DNA of 64,000 nt, from positions 24,134-88,133 of the forward strand of contig CAWGEL010000026.1 of the NCBI GenBank assembly GCA_963821595.1. The letters run 5' to 3'. Positions 9,382-19,600 of the stretch are shown here, in pieces. Origin of the DNA: an uncultured Chloroflexia bacterium. Lineage in GTDB: Bacteria; Chloroflexota; Limnocylindria; Limnocylindrales; CSP1-4. The translations under genes were made by a program, and so were the position numbers. Under the pieces are notes generated by a model. The model was not told the DNA's origin and made no database searches. It worked only from the letters and a program-made list of their open reading frames with translations. How positions within the stretch are numbered: the first letter of the stretch is position 1; each line of letters opens with the position of its first letter.

Positions 9382-10083
9382 CTACAGAACCGGGGCGCCG
9401 TCAGGTGGCGCCACGGCAACAATGCGGGCGAGACCCTCTTCGTCCAGGATGTTGATGCCGCCGCTGCGCTGGCGTTGCACGAGACCATCGGCCTCGAGCT
9501 CGCGCAGCGCTTTGTACATCATCCCCCGGCTCGTGCCGATCATCGCTGCCAGGTCGGCTCGCTGTGCAACGGGATGGGGCGTGTCGAAGATCACCGTCCC
9601 GTAGCGAGTGAGGATGGCAGCCATCCGCTGGCGCGCACTCTCGAATGACCGTTCGTCGAGCCGCACATTGAGGACCACGGCGAAATCCGATGACTGGTCG
9701 AGGAGGTCGACGGCCAGGCCGGCATCCTCCAGTGCGAGCCCTCGCACGAATCGCGGATCCCAGGTCGCCCATGTCCCGTCGTTCAGGGCAACCAACTCGT
9801 AGAGTGCTTCAGCTCCGGGGTCGCTGATGGAGCGGAGCCCGCCGAAATAGCCAGGCCCGGCGATCAGCGCGCCGTACACCTGTCCCGTCTCCGCAACGCG
9901 ACGAGCCATGACGTGTCCGTCGAGGAGGATGAACGGAGGCAACTGGATCCCCCGCGCATGCAACACGTCGCGGCGGCGGAAGCTCTGTTGCTGGGACGCA
10001 CGCTCCAGGCGACCCAGCGTGCCGGCGCCGGCGCCCGGTAGCAGCCGTGCGAGGTGAGCACCAACCGATTCGATCGCGACCAT
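9382..10083 (-). CDS. Crp/Fnr family transcriptional regulator
   Basis: N-terminal cNMP-binding-like fold and a C-terminal HTH (RADLAAMIGTSRGMMYKALRELEADGLV). GGAGAGGA lies upstream of the ATG at 10083. Confidence 0.85.
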   Translation of the reverse strand: MVAIESVGAHLARLLPGAGAGTLGRLERASQQQSFRRRDVLHARGIQLPPFILLDGHVMARRVAETGQVYGALIAGPGYFGGLRSISDPGAEALYELVALNDGTWATWDPRFVRGLALEDAGLAVDLLDQSSDFAVVLNVRLDERSFESARQRMAAILTRYGTVIFDTPHPVAQRADLAAMIGTSRGMMYKALRELEADGLVQRQRSGGINILDEEGLARIVAVAPPDGAPVL

Positions 10084-10452
10084 GGACGTCCTCTCCGGGG
10101 CATCCGATCGTACCGTGGATGAACCTGGCGCGGATTGTGAACTCTGAGATTGTCGGCATCGGAAACCGAGGTAAGGTCGGCTCGCTCGGCCGTTCCGTCA
10201 GAGCCAGTGTCTGTGTGGGTCGCGTCGGATGGAATGCAGCTTCCACGGGCCGCCGGAACCTGGCGCCGACCAGACGAGGCACGCGAAAGCGGCCTTCACG
10301 GAGCGGGGAACCGAGCGAAAAGACCCGGGCACTCCGGATGCCATGGCGGCCCGAGCCGATACTGCACGCTGGCCCGGCCGTAGAGCCGAGAACAGTCGCA
10401 GAGTTCATGCAGAGGCCGCACCAACGTGTTCTGCGAAGCAAGGAGCGACGTC

Positions 10453-11229
10453 GTGACAGCCGGCCAATCGAGCGGCTGTGTCGGAGTGCGGCGGGCCCTC
10501 GTCCTCCACGACCGCCCCCTTGTCGTGGACCTCATCACGCTGACGCTCAACCACGGCGTCTTCGTCGTTCGCGCGGCCAGCAACCTCGCCGAGGCGGAGA
10601 CGATCCTCACCGAGTGGCAGCCGCACATGACCGTGGTCGACATGGACCACGATGACAGCGAGGCGCTGCTGCAGCGCCTGGGGGCCTCCAACACGCTGAC
10701 GCGCAGCGTCACGCCGGTCCTGGGCCTGACGCGGCGCGGCGACCTCAAGACCAAGCTGCGGGCGTTCGACCTCGGCGTCGACGACATCCTGGCGATGCCC
10801 TTCTCGCCCGAGGAGCTGCTCGCGCGGGCCATCGTCATCACCCGTCGCGCGACGGGAGCTGACCGGGCGATCATCCCCACGATCACGCTCGGCGAGATCG
10901 AGGTCGACATCGTCAACCGCCAGGTGCGCGCCGGCAACTCGATCGTCCATCTGTCCGGCATCGAGCAGAGCCTGCTGTACCTGCTCGCCAGCCGCGGCGG
11001 GCGCGTCGTCACCCGCGAGGAGATCCTCGACGCAATCTGGGGCACGGACTTCGTGGCCGAGAGCAACATCGTCGATCGCCACATCCGCAGCCTGCGCATC
11101 AAGCTGCAGAACGACTACCGCCATCCGCGCTTCATCGCCACGGTCCCCGGCGAGGGCTACCGGTTCATCCCCACCTTCTCCAACCTGGGCTGGGACGGCG
11201 CACAGGGCGGGGCGGCGCCGGGCAATTGA
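10453..11229 (+). CDS. OmpR/PhoB-family response regulator with atypical receiver domain
   Basis: The C-terminal winged helix is conserved (LSGIEQSLLYLLASRGGRVVTREEILDAIWG...VDRHIRSLRIKL...IATVPGEGYRF). The receiver keeps the putative phospho-Asp (TVVDMD) and Thr (LGLTRR). It has HDR instead of the DD(D/E) acidic pocket and LAMPF instead of the conserved K-P-F. GTG at 10453 lies 7 nt after AGGAG. Confidence 0.85.
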   Translation: MTAGQSSGCVGVRRALVLHDRPLVVDLITLTLNHGVFVVRAASNLAEAETILTEWQPHMTVVDMDHDDSEALLQRLGASNTLTRSVTPVLGLTRRGDLKTKLRAFDLGVDDILAMPFSPEELLARAIVITRRATGADRAIIPTITLGEIEVDIVNRQVRAGNSIVHLSGIEQSLLYLLASRGGRVVTREEILDAIWGTDFVAESNIVDRHIRSLRIKLQNDYRHPRFIATVPGEGYRFIPTFSNLGWDGAQGGAAPGN

Positions 11230-11317
11230 CGGTCGCGCCTGAACATCGCTGGATCGACGTGGCAGCCGCGGTGGGATAATCGCGGGGCCACGCATCTCGT
11301 GCTCAGAGGCGCTGCCG

Positions 11318-12732
11318 ATGGTGTCGCAGCGGCCGAGGCTGAGAGCGAGCGTCCCGGCTCTGGTCCTGGCCTGGATCCTCGCCCTGGGCGCTCCGGGAAC
11401 AACCGGGGCGGCCAGCCCCACCCCCAGCACCGGCGTGCCAGGGCGGCCGGGAAGCGGCGTCACCGGGCACTGGGCGTCGCCAGTCAACATGGCAGGCATC
11501 GACCTGATCCAGGAGGGGAGCCACCTGGCGGGCAGCGCCATCAACGGCCTGCACATCGATGGGACGATCTCCGGGCGCAGCGCGACGTTCGCCTTCTGGC
11601 ATGGAGCGTCCTACACGTCCGCCAGTGCGGACAAGCGCGGACACGGCAGCCTGACCGTGAGCCCGGACGGCAACTCCGCGACCGTGAGCTGGCGCGACGA
11701 GAACCCGAAGGGCAACGAGAATGGCTTGTTCCAGATCATGCGCGTGACCTCCCCGATCAGCGGGCCCGATCCTGGCGTCGAGCCGGCCCCGGAGCCCGGT
11801 GACGAAGCCCTTGCCGACGTCGACGCCGAGGTCACCGGCATGACGACAGGCGCGACGGCCGCGGTGACCGAAGTCCTCCTGGCGGCGATCGAGCAGGCGA
11901 TCGCGGCGGCCGAAACGGCACTGGAGGACGCCGAAACGGCGCTGGACACGGACACCGGTGCCGTCGATCCGAATGCGCTCGCCGAGGCGATGCGCCTGCG
12001 CCAGATCGCCGACGGCCTCAAGGTCACCTCGGACCTCGCCGACCGGGTGGCCAACACCGCCCAGCTGGCAAGCGCGGAGGCGAATCAGGCGCTGCGGCGC
12101 GCCCAGGACAACGATGTGGGGAGCCGACAGGATGTGCTCCTGGCCCAGTCGGGGGTGGACCAGGCCACGCCCGACTTGTTGCGGCTCAGGTACGGGCGAC
12201 CGAGGCGAACGCGGCCGTCGCGGGGGCGAAGACGGCCGCGCTGGACGCCCATGGGATCGCCCAGCAGGCCGGCCAGGTCCTGACCGCCGCGACCCGGGCC
12301 CGCGCCGATGCGGAGGCGCGGTTGGCAGCCGTGGGCGATGGGGCTCCGGCCGCATTGAGGGCGGAGGTGGACCGGGCGATCGCCGCGGAGCAGGCCGCCA
12401 ACACCGCCCAGGCGTTGGCCGCCGACCGGGCCCAGACCCTTGCGGACGCGTACTGGACGGCCGCTGCCCGGTACCAGCAGCTCGCATTGGACGTCGGTGA
12501 CCTGTCGGGACAGGTGAGGCTGTTCGAGGCAAGCCTCGAGAAGGCGAAGGCGGAGGTGCCGCTCGCCGCTGCCGAGCTGGTGCGCGCACGGGCCGACGCC
12601 GCGACCAGGGCACAGGCGTCCGCCTTCCTGACGGCCAAGGCCTGGCAGGACTACGTCAACTACGACAAGGCCTACTGGACGGCCCGTCTCGCCATGGAGG
12701 CTCTGGCGAAGCCGAGCACGGCGCCGCGCTGA
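11318..12732 (+). pseudogene. secreted protein with N-terminal globular domain and long Ala-rich coiled-coil C-terminus, frame broken near 12170
   Basis: Signal-peptide-like N-terminus (RASVPALVLAWILALGAPGTTGAAS). ORF 11318-12283 reads sensibly up to about ...LAQSGVDQAT. The coiled-coil continues without a stop in the frame of ORF 12322-12732 from ~12175 (ARLVAAQVRATEANAAVAGAKTAALDA...). Confidence 0.6.
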
Positions 12733-12937
12733 CGAGGCGGCCGGAGCGGGCCGGCAGTTCGCCGGACCGGACTACGCCAGACATGGTGGCGGCAACTGCC
12801 GCGAGGACACGGTCGCCGACCTCGTAGCCGAACGTGTCGTTGACGGTGATCTTCCGGCGTTGATCGACGAAGGAGACGCCGTGCGATGCGCCTGGTCGCC
12901 GGGTGGACCCCGGGCGCGACCGGCGGCGGGATCCACG

Positions 12938-13219
12938 CTAGCGCGGCAGGCCGACCGGGCGGCTGGACCGGCGCGCCTCGTCCGGGTCCATCGGTGCCTC
13001 CGGGTCGCGATGCTCGGAGTCGCCATCGCCGGAGCCTGCGCCGCTTCCGGGTGGGGTGGCCGTCGTCATCTCGACCACCTCGGATCCCGGCCAGGCGCAG
13101 CTGGGGCAGGCCCAATCCTCGCGGAAGGCGCCCGCTTCGGCCGCCTCGTCCATCGACCCCCACCGGTTCTTGAGGTCCTCGGTGCCGCACCGCGTGCAGC
13201 GTCGAACCAACGTCGCCAT
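12938..13219 (-). CDS. small zinc-ribbon protein (CxxC...CxxC), hypothetical
   Basis: MATLVRRCTRCGTEDLKNRWG...DWACPSCAWPG. GGAGG lies 6 nt upstream of the ATG at 13219. Acidic/Gly-rich tail. Confidence 0.5.
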   Translation of the reverse strand: MATLVRRCTRCGTEDLKNRWGSMDEAAEAGAFREDWACPSCAWPGSEVVEMTTATPPGSGAGSGDGDSEHRDPEAPMDPDEARRSSRPVGLPR

Positions 13220-13421
13220 CGCGCACCTCCCGATGCTGCGTGCAGGCCTCCAGCCTGGGCCGGCGGCGCTTGCGGTCGCCACCCCAGGGCGCCGCGGTCG
13301 GGTTTCGGCGAGGCGACAAACCGCGTCCTGGGTGCGACCCGTCGACTAGGATTCCGGCGCGAGGCCGCGCCCGGATCCGCAGGGCGACGTCGATCGGCCT
13401 CCGCTCGAGGGACGGGGTAAC

Positions 13422-14102
13422 GTGGCGAAGACGAAGAGCCAGCGAGCCGAACCGCCGCGCGCGATCGCGCTGCCGGCGCTCACGCCGTTCGCCGGCGCGT
13501 CGATCGAGTCGCACGGCGACTACGAAGCCATCGACTTCGTCGACCTCGACTTCGCGAGCTTCGGCCTCGCCGGCGAAGCTGCCGAGGCCGTCACCTTCCT
13601 GCGTTGCCGCCTGGAGCGGTGCGGGCTCGACGGCGTGCGCATGCCGCGCGTCCGGATCTCGGAGTGCCTGCTCGCCGACGTCCACGCGGCCAGCCTGGTC
13701 GTCAGCGATTCGACCTGGCGCGACTCACTGGTGCGGGGAGCCCGCATCGGCGCGCTGACCGCCGCGGGCGCGACCTGGACGGGCGTCCGGGTTCGGGGCG
13801 GCAAGTTCGATTTCGTGGACCTGACCGGGGCGCGGCTGACCGACGTCGTCTTCGACGGATGTGCCATCGGCAGCCTGGACCTCGGCGATGCGCAGGTCCG
13901 CGCCGTTCGCTTCGACGGCGCGACGGTCGACGAGCTCACCGTGGCCGGCGCACGCCTGGCGGGCGTGGACCTGTCGGGCGCGACCCTGGGTGCCGTCCGT
14001 GGTGTCGAAAGCCTCCGCGGCGCATCCGTCAGTCCGGACCAACTGATCGACCTCGCTCCGTCATTCGCTGCGCACCTTGGCATCGAGGTTCGCGCCGACT
14101 GA
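13422..14102 (+). CDS. pentapeptide repeat-containing protein
   Basis: Long run of A(D/N)LXX-type pentapeptides (FVDLTGARLTDVVFDGCAIGSLDLGDAQVRAVRFDGATVDELTVAGARLAGVDLSGATL). Confidence 0.85.
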   Translation: MAKTKSQRAEPPRAIALPALTPFAGASIESHGDYEAIDFVDLDFASFGLAGEAAEAVTFLRCRLERCGLDGVRMPRVRISECLLADVHAASLVVSDSTWRDSLVRGARIGALTAAGATWTGVRVRGGKFDFVDLTGARLTDVVFDGCAIGSLDLGDAQVRAVRFDGATVDELTVAGARLAGVDLSGATLGAVRGVESLRGASVSPDQLIDLAPSFAAHLGIEVRAD

Positions 14103-14135
14103 CCGGTGAGGCCCAGGGGCGGCGCGGCGGCGATC

Positions 14136-14777
14136 TCAGTCCGCCGGCTCTGCCTCCGGGCCCTCCACCATGGGAAACGGGGCGGCCTGGCGGGCGGGGG
14201 CTTCCCGGAGGAACACCACGAGGGCGGCCGCAAGGACAGCGCCGGCGATGCCGACCCGGAACGTGGACGCCACGGCGATCGAGAACGCCTCGTGGGTCCC
14301 GTGGACGATCGCCGGGATCATGGGTTCGACCGTGGACGTGAACGCAGCCGGAACAACCGCGAGGATCCGCTGGCCGAGGTCGCCCGTGCCGGTGAGATCG
14401 AGGCCACCGCCCCCTCCACCACCCGCGGCGAACTGGGCGACGAACTGCAAGGGAACGCCGGCGGCCGTGAGCTGGGCCGGGATCTCCGCGGTCAGGCGAT
14501 CGGCGAACGTGGTGCCCGCGATCGTGAGGCCCACGGTCCCGCCGATCTGCTGGAAGAACGTGAGCGCGCTGGTCGCCGCCCCGATCCGGTCCGGCGACAC
14601 GGAGTTCTGGACGATCAGCGTGAAGACCGCGAAGGACGGCCCGATGCCGATGCCCGCGATCACCATCCACAGCCACAGCGTGGGCCGGTCGGTCTCTGCG
14701 CGGAGACCGGTGAGCAGGTACAGGCCGACCGCCGTCGCGGGTGAGCGCACCAGGCGCGGCACTACAATCGAACGACC
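14136..14777 (-). pseudogene. 3' remnant of a DHA2-type MFS transporter (N-terminal two thirds missing)
   Basis: The segment from ~GRSIVVPRLV... to the end aligns by eye with the last TM helices of the intact MFS at 25642-27333 (WMVIAGIGIGPSFAVFTLIVQNSVSPDRIGAATSALTFFQQIGGTVG vs MVVLGIGLGTSMALFTIVVQNAFPIERLGVVTASLAFFRSIGGVVG). Upstream of 14777 the frame turns into non-membrane junk and meets the opposing lipoprotein gene. Confidence 0.7.
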
Positions 14778-14796
14778 ATCTGCGGGGGGTTTCGCC

Positions 14797-16044
14797 TTGA
14801 TCCAACGGTCGCTCCGACACGCAGCTGCGGCGGGACTCCTCGTCCTGGCGCTCGCCGCATGCGTGGACGAGCCGCCCACCGCCTCGTCCGTGGCTCCGGC
14901 CAGCCCGGGCGCGACGGCCGTGGCCGAGGCGACCCAACCCATGGCAACACCGGGCCGCACGCCGGCGCCCAGCGCGACCGCCACGCCGGCGCCGGCGTTT
15001 CCCAAGGACTTCGTGCCCGACGGCGCCTGGTCTGTCGAGTTCTGGACGTCCGGCCAGGGGCGGGTCACCGAGTACTACTACCTCACTCGCTCGTGCCCGG
15101 CGTCGACGTGCGACGTGCACGCCGTGGCCCGCGACCAGTTCGGCGCGGAGGTCAGCAGCGGGGTGTTCAAACGCTCCGGCGACGCCTACGAGCTGCACGT
15201 CTCCGAGCGAAAGCCGGCCGCGTGCGGGCCGTCGTCGGCGGTCTCGATCAGCGCCACCGCGTCGGTCACGACGGACCTGACGCTGGCCCCCGAGCGAGGC
15301 GGTTCGTCGGCGTTCGTGAGCGTGGCGATCACCGGCACCCGGATCGTCGACTTCGGGGCCGCATCCCTCTGCCCCAGCCGCACGCTCGACTACGCCGCGA
15401 CCGGAACGAAGGTGCAGATCGCCGAGATCCCGTCGGAGGCGCCGGGGCCGGGCGCCGGCTCGGCCGCCCGTCCCACGCCGGTCCCGGGCGGCGTGCCGCC
15501 CCCGAGCGTGCCGGTCCGGGTCACCGGCGCGACGATCACGTACTACCAGGTCACGGGGACGACCGCCACGGACCTCCTGCAGGGCATGGAGACGACGGCC
15601 ACGGCGGTCTGCGGCCTGATCGACTACTCGTGGTACTCGGGCAACCCGCACCCGGTGTCGTGCGCGAAGCTGGCGTTCGCCGACAACCCGGGCATCACGT
15701 TCGCCACGAACCAGGCGACCGGCGCCTGCACCGTCGCCGTCTCCCAGGTTCGATGGACGGCGACGATCCCGATCCCGCGCTGGACCGCTCCCCGGACGGT
15801 GCCTGCCCCGCTGGCGGCATGGTGGAAGACGTACGTCACGTACGTCGCCAGGCACGAGGGCGGCCACGTCGCGATCTTCAAGCAGTGGATCGGCCTGCTG
15901 CCCGGACGGCTGGCCGGCCAGCCGTGTTCGGCCGCCCAGTCGATCACGGACGCCTGGAACCAGCAGGAGCAGGCGGCGCAGGAGGCATACGACCGCCGCG
16001 AGTACGCGAAGCCTCAGCCCACGCCGCCGGCCGCCTTCTGGTGA
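14797..16044 (+). CDS. lipoprotein with C-terminal DUF922-like putative Zn-peptidase domain
   Basis: TTG at 14797 gives (M)IQRSLRHAAAAGLLVLALAAC, a signal peptide plus lipobox. The C-terminal part carries ARHEGGHVAIFKQW (HExxH) in a DUF922-like context. Confidence 0.7.
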   Translation: MIQRSLRHAAAAGLLVLALAACVDEPPTASSVAPASPGATAVAEATQPMATPGRTPAPSATATPAPAFPKDFVPDGAWSVEFWTSGQGRVTEYYYLTRSCPASTCDVHAVARDQFGAEVSSGVFKRSGDAYELHVSERKPAACGPSSAVSISATASVTTDLTLAPERGGSSAFVSVAITGTRIVDFGAASLCPSRTLDYAATGTKVQIAEIPSEAPGPGAGSAARPTPVPGGVPPPSVPVRVTGATITYYQVTGTTATDLLQGMETTATAVCGLIDYSWYSGNPHPVSCAKLAFADNPGITFATNQATGACTVAVSQVRWTATIPIPRWTAPRTVPAPLAAWWKTYVTYVARHEGGHVAIFKQWIGLLPGRLAGQPCSAAQSITDAWNQQEQAAQEAYDRREYAKPQPTPPAAFW

Positions 16045-16127
16045 GACTGCCTGCGCCCGTTGCGGCGCGACGCCGCGCGGCGCCGGTCGCAGCGCGGCCG
16101 GGGTCGCCCGGTCTCGGGGCACGCCAG

Positions 16128-16161
16128 CTCAGCGGGCGCGCCGGCTCAGCGGGCGCGCCGG
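16128..16161. repeat. 17-bp tandem duplication (x2)
   Basis: CTCAGCGGGCGCGCCGG occurs twice back to back, in the convergent intergenic region. Confidence 0.8.
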
Positions 16162-16185
16162 CCACGGAGGCGCCGCTGGCCCGGC

Positions 16186-16542
16186 CTACCGGGGCCGCGC
16201 CAGCCAGGCCGACCAGGTTGCCTCGTCCCTGCCGGCGGTGACGTCGTCGCCGTGGCGAACGAGGGGCAGGCGGAGCAAGCGCACGTCGGCGTGGATGCGC
16301 GCCATGATGCCGCTGATGTCCGTCGTCAGGTAGGCAAGCCCGGCATCCGCGTACGCGCGACTGTCGACGTCGAGGACGGCCGTCGTCCCGAGCCGCTCGA
16401 TGAACCGGCGGAGCTCGCCCGGCGCGATCGGCTTCTTGCGCAGGTCGACGAAGCTGACCACGATCCGCCGTTCCCGGAAGAAGCGGACCGCGGCGCGCGT
16501 CGGCTGCGAATCCTCCAGGCCGAAGACCTGGATGCTCGGCAT
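16186..16542 (-). CDS. ArsC/Spx/MgsR family protein, cysteine-free
   Basis: IQVFGLEDSQPTRAAVRFFRERRIVVSFVDLRKKPIAPGELRRF follows the ArsC-family fold pattern. The usual N-terminal Cys position reads S, and the protein has no Cys at all. Start taken at MPSIQV (16542). Confidence 0.75.
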   Translation of the reverse strand: MPSIQVFGLEDSQPTRAAVRFFRERRIVVSFVDLRKKPIAPGELRRFIERLGTTAVLDVDSRAYADAGLAYLTTDISGIMARIHADVRLLRLPLVRHGDDVTAGRDEATWSAWLARPR

Positions 16543-16690
16543 CTTCCTGGTCGGCGTCTTGCCCAGTGGAGCCGGCATCACGCCGGATCCGGGGGCGAGC
16601 CGGCGACGCGACGGTCGCGCGGCGGCCCGAATTCCGCGGCGCCCGGCGGATGGGGCGCGTCCTCGCGGGCGAGGTCCAGTCCGGTGGTGC

Positions 16691-19600
16691 TCATCGAGCG
16701 GAGCGTGCCATGACCGTCAAGCGGGCCACGGCCGAAGCGCCGCACGATCGCGCTCGGCCGTGCGCCGGCCATCGTCGTCTCGCCGGCCGCGCCGGCGCCG
16801 GTCGATCACCCCGCCCGGGCGCCCCCGGACCGTGCGGATGCTGCACCCGCGAGTAGACCGCCGCGCTGAGCAGCAGCAGGACGCCGAGCGCGACCAGTGA
16901 CAGCACGCGGTACGCCACGTCCAGCGCGGCGAGATCGACCATGAAGACCTTGACGGTCGCGAGACCCAGCAGCCCGAGGCCGAACAGGCGAATGGGCGAT
17001 CGGTGGGTACCCAGGCCGATCGCGAACCCGGCGGTGCCGAGCAGCGACCACAGCACGCTGAGCCCCACCTGGGCTCCCTTCTGCAGCTCCTCGAGCGGGC
17101 GGATCCCAACCTGCAGCTGGAACTGGTCCGCGACCGCGATCGAGAGCAGGTACACGGCCACGACGCCGGCCGTGACCAGCGCCGGCACGAACAGCCGCTC
17201 GTTTCGGTGCAGCAGGGCTCCGGCGCCGACGGCGACTGCCAGGGCGCCGAGGGCCACGGTGGCGTCGGTGAGCAGCGGCCAGCCGGCTACCAGGGTTCGC
17301 TGATCGACGACGAGCCGATCGATCGGCGCGACGACGGCCAGGGCCACCAGCGCGCCGAACGACAGCATCGCGATGGACGCGGCGCCGAGGAGGCGACGCG
17401 CCCCTGGGACGATCCGGACGGCGCCCAGCCCGGCAAGGGCGAGGGCAGACCAGCCTGCGACCGCATAGCCCGGCCGGACCTCGAAGGGAAGCAGCCAGGC
17501 AACGGCGAGAGCCGCCGCGATGGCCCCGAGGAGCCGCGGCATGACCCCGCGCCAGGTCCAGCCTGCCAGCAGCACGGTGGCAGCGAGCACCGCGAGGACG
17601 TACGTCGGCGGGTCGACGAAGGGGACCCCATCCAGCGAGAGCCGTCCGGCGAGGTGACCGAAGAAGTGGGCGGGGCTCGCGTCGATGAGCGCCCGGGCGA
17701 CCAGGAACAGCAGCGCAAGGCCTGCCGAGGCGAAGGGCAGGCGCTCCCCGACCGTCTCCAGCGATGGACGGCGATCTCGCGGCAGCGGTTCGACGTTCGC
17801 GACGCGGCGGACGACGGCCAGCGATGCCAGCACGAGCGCGCCCCACGCGAGGGTCACGTGCGGAGCGCCGACTTCGAACGTCACGGTGCAGGCGAGCAGC
17901 GCGCCGCCGATGCCGGCGAGGCCCAGGCGGATCCAGCGCTGGCCCATCACCAAGCCCACGGCTCCCAGCGCCGCCAGCGCGGCGGCGAGCGAGACGCCCT
18001 CCGGACCCGCATACGGGAACGGCGAGAGGATCTGCCGGCCCAGCTGGTCGATCGGGAAGTCGAGCGCAACGAGGTGGACCAGGACGGCGAACCCGGTCAG
18101 TGCTCCGACGGCACGGACGGCCGGGCGCAGGAGGTGCGCGACGTGCGAGCCGTCCACGGCCTGGCCGACCCGCCCTTCGATGACCCTGGACTCGATGACG
18201 AAGGCCGCCGTCGCCAGGGCAGCCCAGCCGGCGACAAGCGCCGGACCGGACAGCTCGAAGGGCAGGACGTATGCGGCGACGAGTCCGCCGAACGCGGCCA
18301 GGCCGATGCGGGCCGATGCGATCGGCGTAAGGGCGGCCGCGCAGGCGATCGCCGCCAGGACGATCGCGAACGAGAGGCCGGGCAGCCCGACGAACGGGGT
18401 GTCGTGGGGCGTCCCCGCCAGGACCATCCAGGCCGGGTAGTCGAACCAGCCGAGGTGGGCGATCGCGCCGACGCCGGCGACGGCCGCGGTCGCGAGGAAC
18501 GCCGGATGCACGAGGCGGCGCAGCGACGAGACGACCTCGGCGACGGGGGCGACCAGCGATTTGGGCAGGCCGAGCGCCTGGACGCCGGTCTCGGAGCTGG
18601 CGGCCGCAAGCCGCGGCCCGACGACGCGCACGGACAGGACCAGGCCGGCGGTCGCGAGGGTCATCCAGCCCGCCACCAGCGCGGGGCCCGAAAGCTCGAA
18701 CGGGAAGACGTAGATCGCGACGAGCCCGCCGACGACCGCGAGGCCGGCCCGGATCCAGGCGATCCGGACGATGAGGCCCGTCACGGCCAGCGCGGCGACC
18801 ACGAAGGCGAACGTCATCCCTTCCGGCCCGACGAACGGGATGGCCCGATCGAAGCCGGCGACGAGCCCGCGGGGGCTGTACTCGATCAGCACGAGGTGCC
18901 CCAGGGCCAGCGTGCCGAGGATGGCCGCGACACCGGCGCTGTACGGGTGGCGGCGCACGACGGCGATCCAGGCCAGCGCCACGCCCTCGGCAGCCCAGGC
19001 GATCGGAACGGGCGGCCCGCCGAACTGGATCGGGACCGCCATCGTCAGGGCGGCCACGCCGGTCGCGGCCACGACCAGCCCGAATGGGTGGCGGTCGTCG
19101 AGGCGGACCAGGAACGTGAGCGCGAGCGCGAGGTGCGCCGCGGCCATGGCCGCCAGGAATGCGCCGCGCCACGGCTCCAGCGAGCCGCCCAGGATCGTGA
19201 AGCCGGTCCACAGCGTGAAGGCCGCGCTCGCGAGGAGCAGCGTGACGGTCGCACTGCGCAGCCGGTCGGTCGCGTGGCGCGTCTCCTCGCCGCCCGCCGC
19301 GAACGCATTGACCAGCCAGAAGCCGGCGATCGCGACGAGCCCGGCCTCCAGCGGCGGCCCGCCCGCAACGTAGGCGGCAACCTGCGGACCGGCCAGGACG
19401 AAGGCGAGTGGCGGCAGCCAGGTCCAGGTCCGGAACAGGGCGATGGCGGTCGTGCCGACGAGCGCGGCGGCCACGAACAGGAGCGTGACGAACGTCGCGC
19501 TGGCGCCCAGGACGGGCGGCGCCGCGAGCACGGCGACGAGGCCGAAGGCGGCCACCAGCTGGGAATCGTGCCGGATGGCGATCACGGCGGTCGCGACCGC

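Noticed and set aside
8990-9604. 204-aa plus-strand ORF in the DUF421 - Crp intergenic region
   Set aside because: It has no RBS and mixed composition with no motifs, and it runs into and overlaps the 3' end of the well-supported Crp/Fnr gene. The ~420-nt region is treated as non-coding.
14029-16122. 697-aa minus-strand ORF and 460-aa plus-strand ORF (14859-16241) overlapping the DUF922 lipoprotein gene
   Set aside because: The translations are Arg/Gly/Pro-rich low-complexity sequence. The lipoprotein frame has a signal peptide, a lipobox and an HExxH domain.
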